Source of the DNA: Spirogloea muscicola | Taxonomy: Eukaryota | Direction: 5' to 3' | Length of the DNA: 64,000 bases | Assembly (NCBI GenBank): GCA_009602725.1 | Contig: WELB01000021.1 | Coordinates: 741,502-805,501 of the forward strand | Shown here: piece by piece, positions 25,366 to 37,904 of the stretch | How positions within the stretch are numbered: position 1 is the first letter of the stretch | Layout of the letters: the number at the start of each line of letters is the position of its first letter | The notes under the pieces: model-generated | The model's database searches: none | Told to the model about the DNA's origin: nothing | The model's input: the letters and a program-made list of their open reading frames with translations, nothing else | Translations under genes and position numbers: made by a program

Positions 25366-25791
25366 CTAATGCTGTGATCGAATATCACTACGTTTGCATT
25401 GGAATTCAGTCGTGTCAAATTGTTTAGAGCTTGTAGCAACAATCGAAGCAAGGTGTAAGTTGTCATACTTTGGAATTTGAGCACCCTGCTTGGAGTCAGA
25501 CATCCCTGTAAACTGCTCATCGCCATCTTGCTTTCCTGCCCGAGAGTTAGCAAGTGCAGCTACTTTAGCTCTGCTAACGGCATTAGCTTGACAGCTGGCT
25601 AATGGTTTTGTCAGTTGGTCCAGGTGCTTCTCCAGTCTGTCGAACTGAGACTCATCCTTTTTCGTGAAGTGAGTAGACGAAGATCCCAGGGACTGAGCAG
25701 ACAAAGTATTTGGGTTCTTCTCCCAGTAATGTGGATCGACATGACCCGACCTTCCGCAGTAAGAACAAGTCGCTCCAAGCGTCTGATGCAA
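25366..25791 (-). mobile_element. LTR-retrotransposon gag fragment (probably Copia)
   Basis: CSYCGRSGHVDPHYWEKNP is a degenerate CCHC zinc knuckle in the usual gag context. Confidence 0.55.
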
Positions 25792-25919
25792 GGCAGTGCA
25801 AATATTACTTCATGTGACCTGTCTTACCACGACTGCGGCACTTCACAACAGCTCGTGGTTGGTAATGGTTAGCTCCATGGTTCATCTTCTGAAAGTTACC
25901 AGGTTCAGCCCCAAGCTGC

Positions 25920-27585
25920 CTCCATCTCTAAGTTGCAACCGCCACTGCATGAATGCAAGTCCTCCGCCGCCACCCCTAGTGCCCCATGCCTTCCGGCCGC
26001 TATGGATCTCAAAGCCGGTCAACATGCCTGCGGCAGATCTCAATAAAAAAGGCTGCATGGCTTATGTGAGTTCACAACTGGCACAGCAGGATCACTCCAA
26101 GCGCACCATGGGATGCATGAGCTGCACGGGCAGGCCCTCCATGAGTTTGAGGTGCCGACGCATGTGAAGGTCCTTGACATGGGCATTGCTGCAGCAGCAG
26201 GAGCTGCATCAGCGACTGCAGCAGCCCGAAGATATGGTGAGTAGGTCTTGACCACTCTCTTGCCAGTGCTTCTTGACGCAGCTGTCTGGGAAGGCAAAGT
26301 TCGCTGACAAATAAGTCTGTAGGCGTGACTGAAGCTCTTCATTGGTATTGTGAGGCTTGGATGGAGGATGCAGGCGTTGGCCTGACTACCTTTGATACAA
26401 AAGTTATGGTCCTTGAAGCTACTCAGAGACCCTGCATGCTTGACCAGAGTTGCACTGAGATAGATGGATGGATTCTCAAGTGCGACTCAGATATACTTTG
26501 TCATCCTTGCCGATCTTATAGGCCTTCTTGCTGGCACAACTGATGAGCTCCAAACAGCTGCAAAATGGAAGGCTTCATGATGAGCTCCAAACAGCTGCAA
26601 ATTGGAAAGCTTCATTACTTCCATTGCACCTTTTGGAGATGCAATCTAAAGGGTCCAAGCTTCACCTGAACGGCCAGCTTATCCCTCTCTTGGCATACAG
26701 TCCGGGTGGTTGTGAGCTGTGATTGGTATGATGCGTTGCATAGGAACGGCATTCTTGGATAGCAATGCAGAAGTGCTATCAGGATGTCAGGATTCCTTAG
26801 TCAGCCGGGAATTATTAAGATGCCTGCTGCAGACTGTCTGACCAGTGCAGAGGCTTACTGGAGTTTAGGTCAGTGCTCAGTACTTGATGCCGAAGCACGA
26901 GGAACAGATAAACGTGACATTCCAGTAAGACCACCTTAGCAGCAAGCAAATGCTCCAAGGCGCGGCGACTTGGAAACCAGGCCTGCAGCCAGGTAGATTT
27001 CATGGAGCAGGTCATGCCATATATCCCATGATCGGCCCAATGTCCAATCGCAGCAAGCAAGTACCGATGCAGAGCGTGATATCTCAACAAGAGCAAGCTG
27101 CACTGCTTAAAGGACGCCTAGCCCTAGCATTTGTACATGGCAGAAGTATGTCAAATCGGCTTGTACCAGAAGTAGGTGAATCGGACGGTTATCTACAACG
27201 GAGCGCACTGAACTAGAAAAAGACGGGCATTTACAATCTATTGACGATTCTCGCAAATGATTGTGATAGCTTGTGAAGTCAAGGAAGCCAGTAAAGCAGG
27301 GGCGCCAGCATTCTTGGGACGGGTCAACAAGGCTGGGTCAACAAGGCTATTTTCCTATTTTCACCTGGAGCACGTTGTTACACTCGTGCTTGCAGCAGTG
27401 ATGCTATCCAAGAAGGAGGACAGGACCACAAGTGTCTGAGGTTCTAGATACACTGCCGTACTTGCCAATGTGGGCCTCCAGCACTCCAGAAGCATCAGGA
27501 GGTCACTATGAAGATGTGTGGCTGTCGCTCGGGCAGTTCTGCGGAGATGCCATGCTTTCACAAGTGTGCTGCCTATGCAGAAGAC
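25920..27585 (-). pseudogene. Unknown multi-exon family, copy F
   Basis: Exon 27585-27365 reads VFCIGSTLVKAW...VLSSFLDSITAA, then a frameshift, then ECNNVLQ|GT. Next comes GHWADHGIYGMTCS..WLQAWFPSRRALEHLLAAK. It aligns in DNA with 29400-31250. Confidence 0.65.
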
Positions 27586-29084
27586 CTGCCAGAGAGTCAC
27601 GGATAGACAGTGCACACAAGTTAAATTTGCACGGCCGGACCTCCCGGATGCTGGTCGTCACTCTTCGAGCACTACAATCTGCCCTCTGGTATGCGGAAGA
27701 GGGTGTCCTCTGGCATGCGGAAGAGGGTGCCAACTGGTTTATCGAGCTCGACGAGCATTTACACACCAGAAAGACAATGGCAGCTAGAGGATGGAGTGAC
27801 GTGTGCGACGACCAATGCAGATGTGAGCATTCAGCGGAGGTGCAGGGCACGTCCAGACGTCCAAGGGCCAGAGAGGCCATACCGGGAGAAGGAGGGCGAA
27901 GCCGAAGACCGTCCAGACCATGTCACTGGAGCGCGCGCGCCAGCGGGGGAGGCAGAGAAAGGCGTGCGGTGGGTGCGAAGAGGGCAATGCACAGCTCGTG
28001 GTGAAGAGAGCCAAAGGAGAGCGGGCGAGGGGACTGCGGCGGGCGATCTGAGGGCCGCCGCGGAGCGCGGGGCGTGGGAGTGCTGCTGCGCCTGCTCGAG
28101 TCCCGTGGCTTGGGGGAAGGCAGGAGGGATGCGCCGGAGTGCCGGCTGTTTTCTCTTCCTCCCCCCTTCCTCACTTCCCTGCAGCTTCCTAGCAGCTTCT
28201 CGCAGGCGAGGCGCTGATGGGGGAGGCGGCACCTGGGGGAGGCGGCGGACGCCCCCGCCCGTGCGGGCCAGTAAGGGAGGGCCTCGAGCTCCTCCCTGGG
28301 ATGGCCTTCGGACAAACAGCTCTTCCAATATAAGGCAGTGGCTGGGTAACGCCAGCCCAAAAGGAATGAACAAGGTCCAAAGGGCCGAAAAGCGCCACCA
28401 CCACACAGCTCTGCAAGCTTTTTCCACATCTGGGAATGGCTGCTGCTTGGAAGAAAGGGGCTCTCCTCATAGCTGTGTGGCTTCAGCGCCTTCGTGGCTG
28501 CTCAACAGGGCTGCTCACCCAGTGGCCACTGAGTTGCTGTGTGCTATAGTGCTTCTCTGGCCCCTTCACGCTCTGTTCATTTTTTTTTCTGTGCTGGGCA
28601 ATCACAGCCACCGCCCTCTCCCGGAAGAGTCTTCCTTCTCCTTCTGTCGGCCCTTGTGAGCTTGGCCTCTGACAGCCATTGCCTTATATTGGAAAAAGCT
28701 GTTTCCTTTTGACCTTGTCCATCCTTCTGGGGCTGGCTTTTTATGGCCCTCGCCCCCTTCGAAAGAGCTCTTAAACCACACAGTTAGGCAAAGTGGCTGC
28801 AGCGGACGAGAGCTTACTAACCCCGAGTCAGTAGAAGAAGCCCTCCTTTCCCAGCCCCTATTCTCTGTGGGCGCTCACTTCTCTCTTTCTCCTCCAACCC
28901 TCTCCTTGCACAATCTAGCATTTGAAGAAGCTTGCTACTGGAGAGCATCCGTGTCATACTCCGCTGGGCCCTTAGTTGGCGCCGGCGAGGCGCGCCGCCT
29001 CGGCCAGCGGGAGATGCTGCGCGCTCCTCCCCTGCAGCTAAGACTGAAGCTGTGCACATGCACCGGTGCGCACGGGGAAGAAGA

Positions 29085-29310
29085 CGTGTGTGAAGTGATG
29101 GAGGGCCTAAGTAGCCCAAGTACAAAGACAAGCACATCCAGAGATATACATTACGTGCTGCTTAGCCGACCCGCTCAGTAACCACGGTTCCGCAAGTAGA
29201 GGTCGCTAGTCGACGTCCGATGGCTACCGGGTGGTACTTTGAAGCCCTTATGCGACCCATCAGATGTCGCCCAGCTCTCAAGTGCAAAGCGCATGCCTGA
29301 CCTCGGTGCA
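29085..29310 (-). mobile_element. CRE-like 3' remnant
   Basis: ALHLRAGRHL...TSTSDLYLRNRGY* followed by a UTR related to 15360-15470. Confidence 0.65.
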
Positions 29311-29399
29311 AGTAGGCTACTACACGACAAGGAGAAGAGGGGAGGTGCGAGGGGAGGGGCCGTCCACCACTTCCTATGCAACCCCATGAGGGTGTCTTC

Positions 29400-31123
29400 C
29401 TGGAGGCACCCCGCACACGGACTGCCTCCACGTCTTGATTGCCACCACCACTGCATGAACGCAAGGCTTGCACTGCCACGACACGTGCCAAATGACACAC
29501 CCCCGCTATGGCTTTCAAATCTGGTCAACATGCCTGGGGCAGATCTCAATTAGATGAGGCTGCATGGCTGACGTAACGTGACAACTGGCTAAGCAAGACT
29601 CAATCCAAGCCCACACTGGATAAAATGAGCTGCATGGGCAGGCCCTCGATGAGGTGCCCATGCTTGTGAATGTGCTTGACACAGGCTTTGCTGCAGCAGC
29701 AGGAGCTGCATCAGCAACTTCAGCAGCCTGAAGAGGGGGTGAGTGAAATTTTGCCACCCTCTTGCCACTTCTACTTGAGGCGATGCTCTGGAAAGGCAAA
29801 GTTAGCTTGCGCTACAACCAGGTCTGCGGCGTACTTTTACCGGACCGTAGGCTAGTCACAGCATACAGTGACCTATAGGCGTGACTGAGCTCTCAAGCTC
29901 TCAATCGAGAAGTGTAAGGCTTGGGTGGAGTATGCAGGGTCTTGAGCTGACCACCTTTGATACAAAAGCAGCAGTCAGGTCCTCGATGCTACTTATTGAC
30001 CCTGTATGCTTGACCTGATAGCATTGAGGGAAGATGCGCGGTGCGCAATGAGATAGATGGATCGTCAGATACAACTGGAAGTCTAGTTCGTCCTCGTTGT
30101 ATGCAATGTATGCCTTTTTGATGGCACAGCTGATGAGCTCCACCAAGCTGCAAATTATAACAGTTCTCATCACTTCCAGAGTTGCACCTCGGAGATGCTA
30201 TCTAGAGGGTCATCAAGCGTACAGTACATCGGAAAGTGAGCTGAGTGACTAGCATCATGCATTGTAGGAATGGCATTCTTGGAGAGCAATGCACAACTGA
30301 CACCAGGATGTGATACTCCCGACTATTCAGAAATTCTCAAGATGACTTCTGTGAAATGTCTATTGGAAGAAAGATCTTACCAGTATTTAGATCAGTGCTC
30401 AGCTATTGATGATGCTTCTGAAGAACGAGGATGAGGTCCAGGAGATATCTCAGCAGGACCTGCTTAGCAGCATTCAGATGCACCAAGGCGTGGCGAGTTG
30501 GAAACCAGGCCTGCAGCCAGGAACATATTATAGAGCAGGTCATGCCAAATGTCCCATAATCGGCCCAATGTCCAACCACCAGCAAGCCAGTAACCACGAA
30601 GAGCGTGACATGTCAACAGAAGCAAGCTGCACAGCAAAAGGAGGCTCTGCCACAAGGAGCAAGCCCTTGCCACCTAGATTGTTCATGTCAGAAGTATCTT
30701 GTGCTGTGCTTGTACTATGAGCAGGTGGAACAGACGGTTACGTACAGCGGAGCATACTGAACGAAGAGAGACAACCATTACAAGCGCTAGACAATCATCT
30801 CGGAAGATCGTGATAAAAGCGTACAAGTCAAATGGTCGCCACTGTATGGGGGGGCGTCAGGGTGCTCGAGACAGCTCAACAAGGCCTATTTGAAGTGTCA
30901 CCTGGAGCACGGTGGTACACTCAGAGCTTGCAGCAGTGATGCTGTCCAAGAAGGAGGACAGGACTTCAAGTACCTCAGGCTCCAACAGCAGTGCCGTGTT
31001 TGCTAGTACAGCCCCCCTGTATTCCAAAAGCATCAGGAGCTCACTTTGAAGACCTGTGGCTTTCGCTCGGGCAGTTCTGCGGAGACGCCATGCTTTCAGG
31101 ATTGCCCTGCCTATGCAGAGGAC
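29400..31123 (-). pseudogene. Unknown multi-exon family, copy G
   Basis: Has an intact 222-nt exon, 31123-30902, with AG/GT borders (VLCIGRAILKAW...VLSSFLDSITAASSECTTVLQ). Downstream are GHWADYGTFGMTCS..WLQAWFPTRHALVHLNAAK, HTGSISSIEDLTAAFVSK and EICPRH. Later exons are disrupted. Confidence 0.65.
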
Positions 31124-33179
31124 CTGCCAGAAGATTCACAGAAAGACAATGCACATGAATGAAAGAATCTTTCAGTGGAGGGCTTAACTTGCATACATGA
31201 GCTACATTACGGCCAGACACCCCGAATGCTGGTCGTCACTCTTCGACCACATCGCTCATGACAGTGTCGAGGTTCAGTACAAAGCAACAGTCCAGATGCT
31301 GAAAACAGATGCCCAAGGGATAGTCACTGATACGACCCATGATGTTGGCTAGCTATGAGCTTATGAGACCATCTTGTGACTTGAACTTTGTTTGTTTGAT
31401 GGGGAGTTGGAGCTCATGTTGACTAGACTTATGACGATTCTTTATGTTGTAGAGAGTGCCAGCTGCCTGTTAGCAGCTGCATGCAGATGTAATTATCACT
31501 CACAAGCTAATGGTTTCCCGCCTAGCAACTGTGCCCACTCTTGAAACGGTTGTCCGTTGACAGTGTCAGCACAACTCAAGAACGATAGACTCGAGCGGTG
31601 GTTCCTTGTTGAGCTACTGCATGCTCTTCTGGAGCTTGCGAAATCTTCAAATTTCCTGCAACCAGTGAACCTGCTCAGACCACCAAGATAACGCACGACG
31701 ACAGCAACGTAAGCTGTCAGACAGCTGTCACGTCCAACATCTATTTAGCACAACAATGGCGGTACTTACTCCTATGGAAAGGTATGGCAAAGTGTACTTG
31801 TCGGCTTGATAGGGGGTCCCTCTCCCTCCCTTCGGCTTATCTGATGTTCTATTGCTGACACGGGGGTAATTGAGTGGTCCTGTTTGCCCAGCCTGCGGCT
31901 CCACATAGTGTAGATGCTCTCCAAAGTTTCTCCTCATGCACTCGGCTCGCTTTCAAAGCCGCCCCTGAAGAAGAGTAGCGGCCTTTGTCATGCTGATTAT
32001 TGATGATCTGGACGGTCTTCTGAGCCAGGTCCCAACCTTTTAGGTCTTCATTCCTGGTAATGTTGCGTTCTAATGACCACAATAGGCTCACGCACGACTT
32101 GACTCGAGTTAACCTTGAATGGGGGGTAAAGAATATGGAAGGCAGGGGACCATCATTGACACACCCAGGGACTTTGCTGAGGATCACAGATTCCTGATGA
32201 CCACCAGGCTAAATGTTGCACAGAAAATACAAGCTCTGAGGCGACCAGGACGTTGAAGTGGGGGAAATTCACACTATGGAAGGACAACATGCTAGCAGGT
32301 GTAGATTGGAGATGGAGGCTGGAGACTGGGGACTGTTCGAGAGTCGCAGCTAAGATGAGTTTCAACTTCTGCAGGCTTGTTGATTTGCACTTAAGATTGG
32401 CTCTGTGGTCTCTCCTCAGTGAACGGGCGACGTGTTTACGACTAATCTATAAGCAAGCGTGCAGATAGGCAGGGATTGACGGTGGTGCAAATGGAAGCTC
32501 CAAGTGTTGACAACATCATAGGAGCCTTTGTGGCATATTCAGTAGAGCTGGGGGTATCCTCTGCAGGCAGCTAGAGTGGTTGTGGAAGCACAGTGAGTGC
32601 TTCAACGAGCACAACAGCTCGTGCTTCAATGAGCACAAGAGCTCCCCTGGCCTCCTCTTCACAGGCATCGCGTCCGGCAACTGCTCACCCGTCATCCCGC
32701 TATGGCGGTAAGTTTTTGGTGAGCTCACAAATGGATACAAGCGGAGGGATGCCTATTTGAATTCTAGGTGAAGTCCAGCCTGCCTGCACACTAGCATTGG
32801 TTCCAAAACAATCTGAAACACTGTCTTTACAGAGCTAATTTTACTTGTCCGTCATTCATTGGCCTGCTTCTCTTTGAAGTGACATGCTACGCAGTATGTT
32901 TCCACACTCGCCCCGCTGCAAGTACCTCCTACTAGCTGCAGTTGACATCATTGGTTGTATGGGTCATCGTTTTCAAACCCCGGTAGAGAGTACTGCTAAG
33001 ACATGGACGAAATGAGGATGTGCTTCCGACTGAGATGGGCTTGCCGGCAGCACTTTCTTCCTCGCACCTTCTTGTGTCAGCCTGTTTGCAGCGAGCTAGG
33101 CTCATGCTTTGCACCAGAAGGTGGACGAGCTCTAATTGTTGACAAAGGGACTTTCGGTGTGCGCGAAACATTCTTGAGC

Positions 33180-34510
33180 CATCGTGTGTTGGCGGTACAT
33201 AGACTGCAGTATCCACTTGGTGTAGTGGCAAACATTGTCCTGGATCATCTTCCCACTAGCGCAGTGGCTGTGCAGGGTGATGAGGTAGTCCTTTCCGCAG
33301 ACCATTCTCGCATCTCCACACCTTGACCATTGGCTGCAACACAAGGATTCTGCCGACTTTGCTTGCGGCCTGCGCTCACCTGCCCTTGCCCTTCTGCTGC
33401 CGCCAGCCACCGGCTGTCCAATATCAACCAAGCAATGAGACAGGCATGAATAAGTCACATGCACAGAGGTTGTTGACACCCTTTATCTAGCAAGTGTGCC
33501 CGAGTAGAGCCAGCATGCATGCACCTGCTCAGCGAGTGGCGGACGCTCCCCCACTGCAGGTCTTTGAGGAGCAGGCAGAGAGTGATCAGCCTCTGCAGGT
33601 GCCTGTCGTGCCTGTCGTGCCCTTCGTGCCTGTCGTGCCTGTCGTGTCAAGTACGGATATCTGCAGGCAGGTGATGGATGCTGTGAGCTGCATGGCAAGT
33701 GGGTATTGCTTGAGTTCATCCCTGTTGGTGCCTGGCAGGGGCAAGACACACCTGAGCAGCACGCTCCTGCCAAGGAGGTGGCGCACCAGCATAAGCTGCG
33801 GGCACTTGTTGGGCATGTGAAGCATGCTGGCCTGCTGCTTGTGGACAGGTTCCTCTCTTCAGGGCCCAGTACAGGTGTTAATGAATTCACTGACTGGACG
33901 GAGAAGGGATATAAAGTCGTCTTGAAGAGGGGCTGCAAGACAGAGAGTGCATAGAGATGGACATGCTGGGCCAGATTCAGCTGGCACTTTTGCCCATCTG
34001 TTTTCGCAGAGGGTTGAGGCACAATGTGCTGCACAGTCATATGCCACAATCCAGCGGGAGCAGGTGCTGGTCAAGGCTCATGGTGCTGTTAATATTTCTG
34101 TAACAAGCATGGAGGCTTCAGCAGTGAAGATGTTTGTGAAAACAGGCAGCACTTGCGTGCTTTGATGCACGCGAAGATTCGCAGCAGGGCGCTGGGCATG
34201 GTTTGCATTACTACCTGCTCTGGCCGGCAAGCTTGCTGCAAGATGATGCTCTGGCAGATATCCTTACTAGTGTCTGTGCAGAGGACGACGATTCTCTGAG
34301 TTGGCATAGGCTGTATATCTTCGGCCCATTGAGAGCAACTGCAGGCTTTGCACTTGCTGTGTACATCAGAGTGCCTGGGAATATGGACAACTCTTGTAAC
34401 GTTCTGAATATCAACCACCAGCTCTTCAAGTGGTGTGACTGTCTCGTGTTACGGTCTCTCCACACCATCTGTGAGTGTGGCATGCTAGCTGAATCTTGCA
34501 AGTGATACGC
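33180..34510 (+). pseudogene. Unknown family, copy H (middle and C-terminal part)
   Basis: VADAPP, FTDWTE...DGHAG and AVYIRVPGN..NVLNI match copies F/G, I and J. A CRE-like fragment precedes it at 33010-33140. Confidence 0.4.
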
Positions 34511-34699
34511 AGGAATAGAGTAGAGGCTGTCCCACCGTGGCTGCGTTCCAGTGGTTCTGACAGCCTGCAGGGGCAGGAAGCATCTCAACCTCGCATGAGA
34601 AGGTGAAAGACGTTGAGAGCCCTGGTTTGCACGCACACAGCAGTGATGCTAAGCCACATGCCCACCCTGGTGGTGGTGGTGGTGGTGGTTGGTTCCTCA

Positions 34700-35470
34700 G
34701 CTTAGCTTGTCAGATATGCATGTGCTCACTCGGGGATGTTAGTGTCCCCCTTAGCCAGCTCACTACCCCGTTAGCAGGACATTTGTAAGGCTAGAATTGG
34801 CCTCCCTTTCAATTTCATGCGCATCGCGCGCCTCCTTCTTCCAGGAGAGGGCGGTGGCTGGGAGAAACCAGCCCAGAGAAGACGATGAACAAAGTTCGAA
34901 GGGAGTTGCCCCACTTCTCCCAAATCCTAAACCCCGCAACTTCTTTCCTGCTGCTACTCTTCCTGACTGGCGGCTGCTGACTTAGGGGTGACTGAGCAGG
35001 CACCCTCACTGATCCCTCCACGTCTTTCCCGGCTCCGTTGGACTTTGTTTATTCCTTTGTAGGCTGGCTTTTGGACCCTGTCCTTCTTTTGGGCTGGCCT
35101 TTCCCAGCCCCTGCCCTCTGAGGGAGAGCACTTTCTTTCTTTGTAGGCTGGCTTTCGGCAGCCCTCCACCCTTCCGGAAAAAAGCTCTTCAAACGTAAGA
35201 AGATGGCTGTGAGCAGCGCTTGCATACAAGCTGCGAGCTACTCCGACCTGCGGCTGCTGAGGGGTTTGAGCTCCTATTTGCTGTAGTCCTCTGCATAGCT
35301 GTGTGATTTGAGCCCCAGTCAGCCATTTTGATCTCGTCCACACTTTCTTGGCTGGCTTTTCACAGCCCTTGCCCCCTTTGGACGAGCCGCATTCTTTGTA
35401 TGAGCTGCTTCCTTCTACTTGCTGCTACTTCTCAAACTTTCGGCTGCTAAATAGGCGGTTACTAAGCAGG
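34700..35470. mobile_element. Cluster of CRE-like 3' ends in both orientations
   Basis: SLSDMHVLTRGC* at about 34700-34742, FFPAATLPDWRLLT at about 34940-34985, and several copies of the gggctggc...cagccc terminal motif. Confidence 0.7.
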
Positions 35471-36313
35471 CACCTGTAGTGATCTCCAAGTTTTTCTGAC
35501 TCATTTGGCCTCCTCCTCATTTTATGCGCACCGCACACCTTCTTGCTCTCCTCTGAGCACTATTTCTGAGCAAAAGTAGTCACGGGGGATGAGTGGCAGT
35601 GGTAATGAGAAGTGTTGCCAAAAGGGGGCTATGATTGTGACAGGCCAGCCCTAAAGGGATGAACAAGGTCCGAAGAGAAGTGCTCGACCATAATGCGGGA
35701 GGGCTCGGCCTCGGGGACCAGTTGGAGGAGGAGCCCATCAGCAGCCATGTTAACGGGCGCCGCCAACAGCTCGCCGCAAAAAGATGGCGGGCTCTCGCTG
35801 GGAGCGCGCAGCTGCCGCTGGGTCGCGCCTCGGCGGACGGCGGCGCAGGCCACTCTGGCGGCGTCGTGCGCGGGCTACCGCTGGCGCTGCTGGATAGGGG
35901 CTGGGAACGGCCAGCCCAAGAACAATGAACACGGTAGTCAGTCTCCCTACAGCGGTCCATGGCCCACGCCTTGCATCTTCGTAAGTACTGAGTGGTCCAT
36001 CCTCCCCCGTTCTGACAGATCATGGTCAGGCCCCTTCGTAGCTGCTTAGCGCTGTAGGCCCCTCCGTCATTGGGCCCCTTCGAACGTAAGTCAAGTTCTT
36101 TTCGGGCTGGCTTTTTACAGCCCTTGCCCCCATTGGGCGAGCCACTTCTTATTAAAATGAATGAACAAGGTTGGAAGGGGCCAGGGGAAGCGTTGAAAGA
36201 AACATGTCCGAAGGGGCCGGTTAGAGCTAAACCACACAGCTAAGCAAGTGGCTTCCACGAAGAGCTGCATAACGCCTATTCTGCTAGTGGGGGTGCCTCG
36301 TGAGGGGTGCCCC

Positions 36314-37635
36314 TGCGCCTTCCGTCATCTGTATTTGCCATCTGGTATTCAGGAATCGCTTAGCGACCTTCATGTGTTGTCCCGTGCTTACTGAGCAGGT
36401 CAATTTACAGTAGGTAATGTACGTCGTTAAATGTTCTTGCCTTTGCACTTGGCCATTTTGGCCTTTGATCGTTTCAAATACACAAGGTTTTCCTTCCGAC
36501 CCTTTCAGACCTTGTTTGACCTTATTGAGTTGGCTCTCACAGCCATTTGCCTCGTGAGTTTATCTTTTGGGGTGCCCTGTCCCTTGCTGGGCCTCGTACG
36601 CCGCGACCACGCCGCGACGTAATCAACGCTTGCTGAGTACCTGGAATTCCGCGGGAATTCCAGGTGGGTGCACACCAGGTCGTGGCGCAGCCGCCAGAGC
36701 GTGGCGGCAGCGGCAGCGGCAGCGGGCCGCCACTGCCACCACCTAGAAGAAGTGGCTCCGTGCGCCTTCCGTCATCTGTATTTGCCATCTGGTATTCAGG
36801 AATCGCTTAGCGACCTTTATGTGTTGTCCCGTGCTTACTGAGTAGGTCAATTTACAGTATGTAATGTACGTCGTAAAATGTGCTTGCCTTTGTACTTGGC
36901 CAGTGTGGCCTTTGATCGTTTCAAATACACAAGGTTTTCCTTTCGACCCTTTCAGACCTTGTTTGATCTTATTGAGTTGGCCCTCACAGCCAATTTGCCT
37001 CGTGAGTTTATCTTTTGGGGTGCCCTGTCCCTTGCTGGGCCTCGTACGCCGCGATCACGCCGCGACGTGACCAACGCTTGCTGAGTACCTGGAATTTCCG
37101 CGGAAATTCCAGGTGGGTGCACACCAGGTCGTGGCGCAGCCGCCAGAGCGTGGCGGCAGCGACAGCGGCAGCGGGCCGCCCCACCGCCACCACCTAGAAG
37201 AAGTGGCTCCGTGCGCCTTCCGTCATCTGTTTTTGCCATCTGGTATTCAGGAATCGCTTAGCGACCTTTATGTGTTGTCCCGTGCTAACTGAGCAGGTCA
37301 ACTTACAGTAGGTAATGTACGTCGTAAAATGTGCTTGCCTTTGCACTTGGCCATTTTGGCCTTTGATCGTTTCAAATACACAAGGTTTTCCTTCCGACCC
37401 TTTCAGACCTTGTTTGACCTTATTGAGTTGGCTCTTACAGCCATATGCCTCGTGAATTTATCTTTTGGGGTGCCCTGTCCCTTGCTGGGCCTCGTACGCC
37501 GCGACGACGCCGCGACGTGACCAACGCTTGCTGAGTACCTGGAATTTCCGCGGGAATTCCAGGTGGGTGCACACCAGGTCGTGGCGCAGCCGCCAGAGCG
37601 TGGCGGCAGCGGCAGCGGCAGCGGGCCACCACCTA
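36314..37635 (+). repeat. Direct tandem triplication of a ~450-bp unit (starts 36314, 36761, 37212)
   Basis: Three near-identical units. Each begins with a CRE-like ORF end (LPSGIQESLSDLYVLSRAY*) and UTR, and contains a 27-28-bp palindrome. Confidence 0.95.
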
Positions 37636-37695
37636 ACACCCCCTATCCCTCCGCCAATTAGTCAGAAAGGCCCACCTAGAGGCCTGTGAAAGCAA

Positions 37696-37843
37696 AACAG
37701 GGTCATCGGCTCCATGTTGCCCTCAACTCCCACCTTTTTCACGACTTCTCGCGAGGCCTGCACTGACCAACAGGGTCATCGGCTCCATGTTGCCCTCAAC
37801 TCCCACCTTTTTCACGACTTCTCGCGAGGCCTGCACTGACCAA
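37696..37843. repeat. Perfect tandem duplication, 2 x 73 bp
   Basis: aacagggtcatcggctcc...gcactgacc is repeated at 37696 and 37769. Confidence 0.95.
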
Positions 37844-37904
37844 GTGTGGCTGATCGCCTTCTCATAGCCTGGGTGTTCTGAGTACCTAAGCGCACTCTTC
37901 CAGA

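Noticed and set aside
27691..28659. 322-aa ORF and similar long ORFs at 11444-12284, 45495-46241 and 51521-52240
   Set aside because: They run through GC-rich islands and retroelement ends, overlap ORFs in several frames, and contain no recognisable motifs.
31490..32480. Protein-like minus-strand fragments (also 43284-43529 and 63430-63920)
   Set aside because: They are short, interrupted and not assignable without a search.
36314..37843. CRISPR-like array
   Set aside because: Whole units are duplicated with no unique spacers, no cas genes are present, and the context is eukaryotic.
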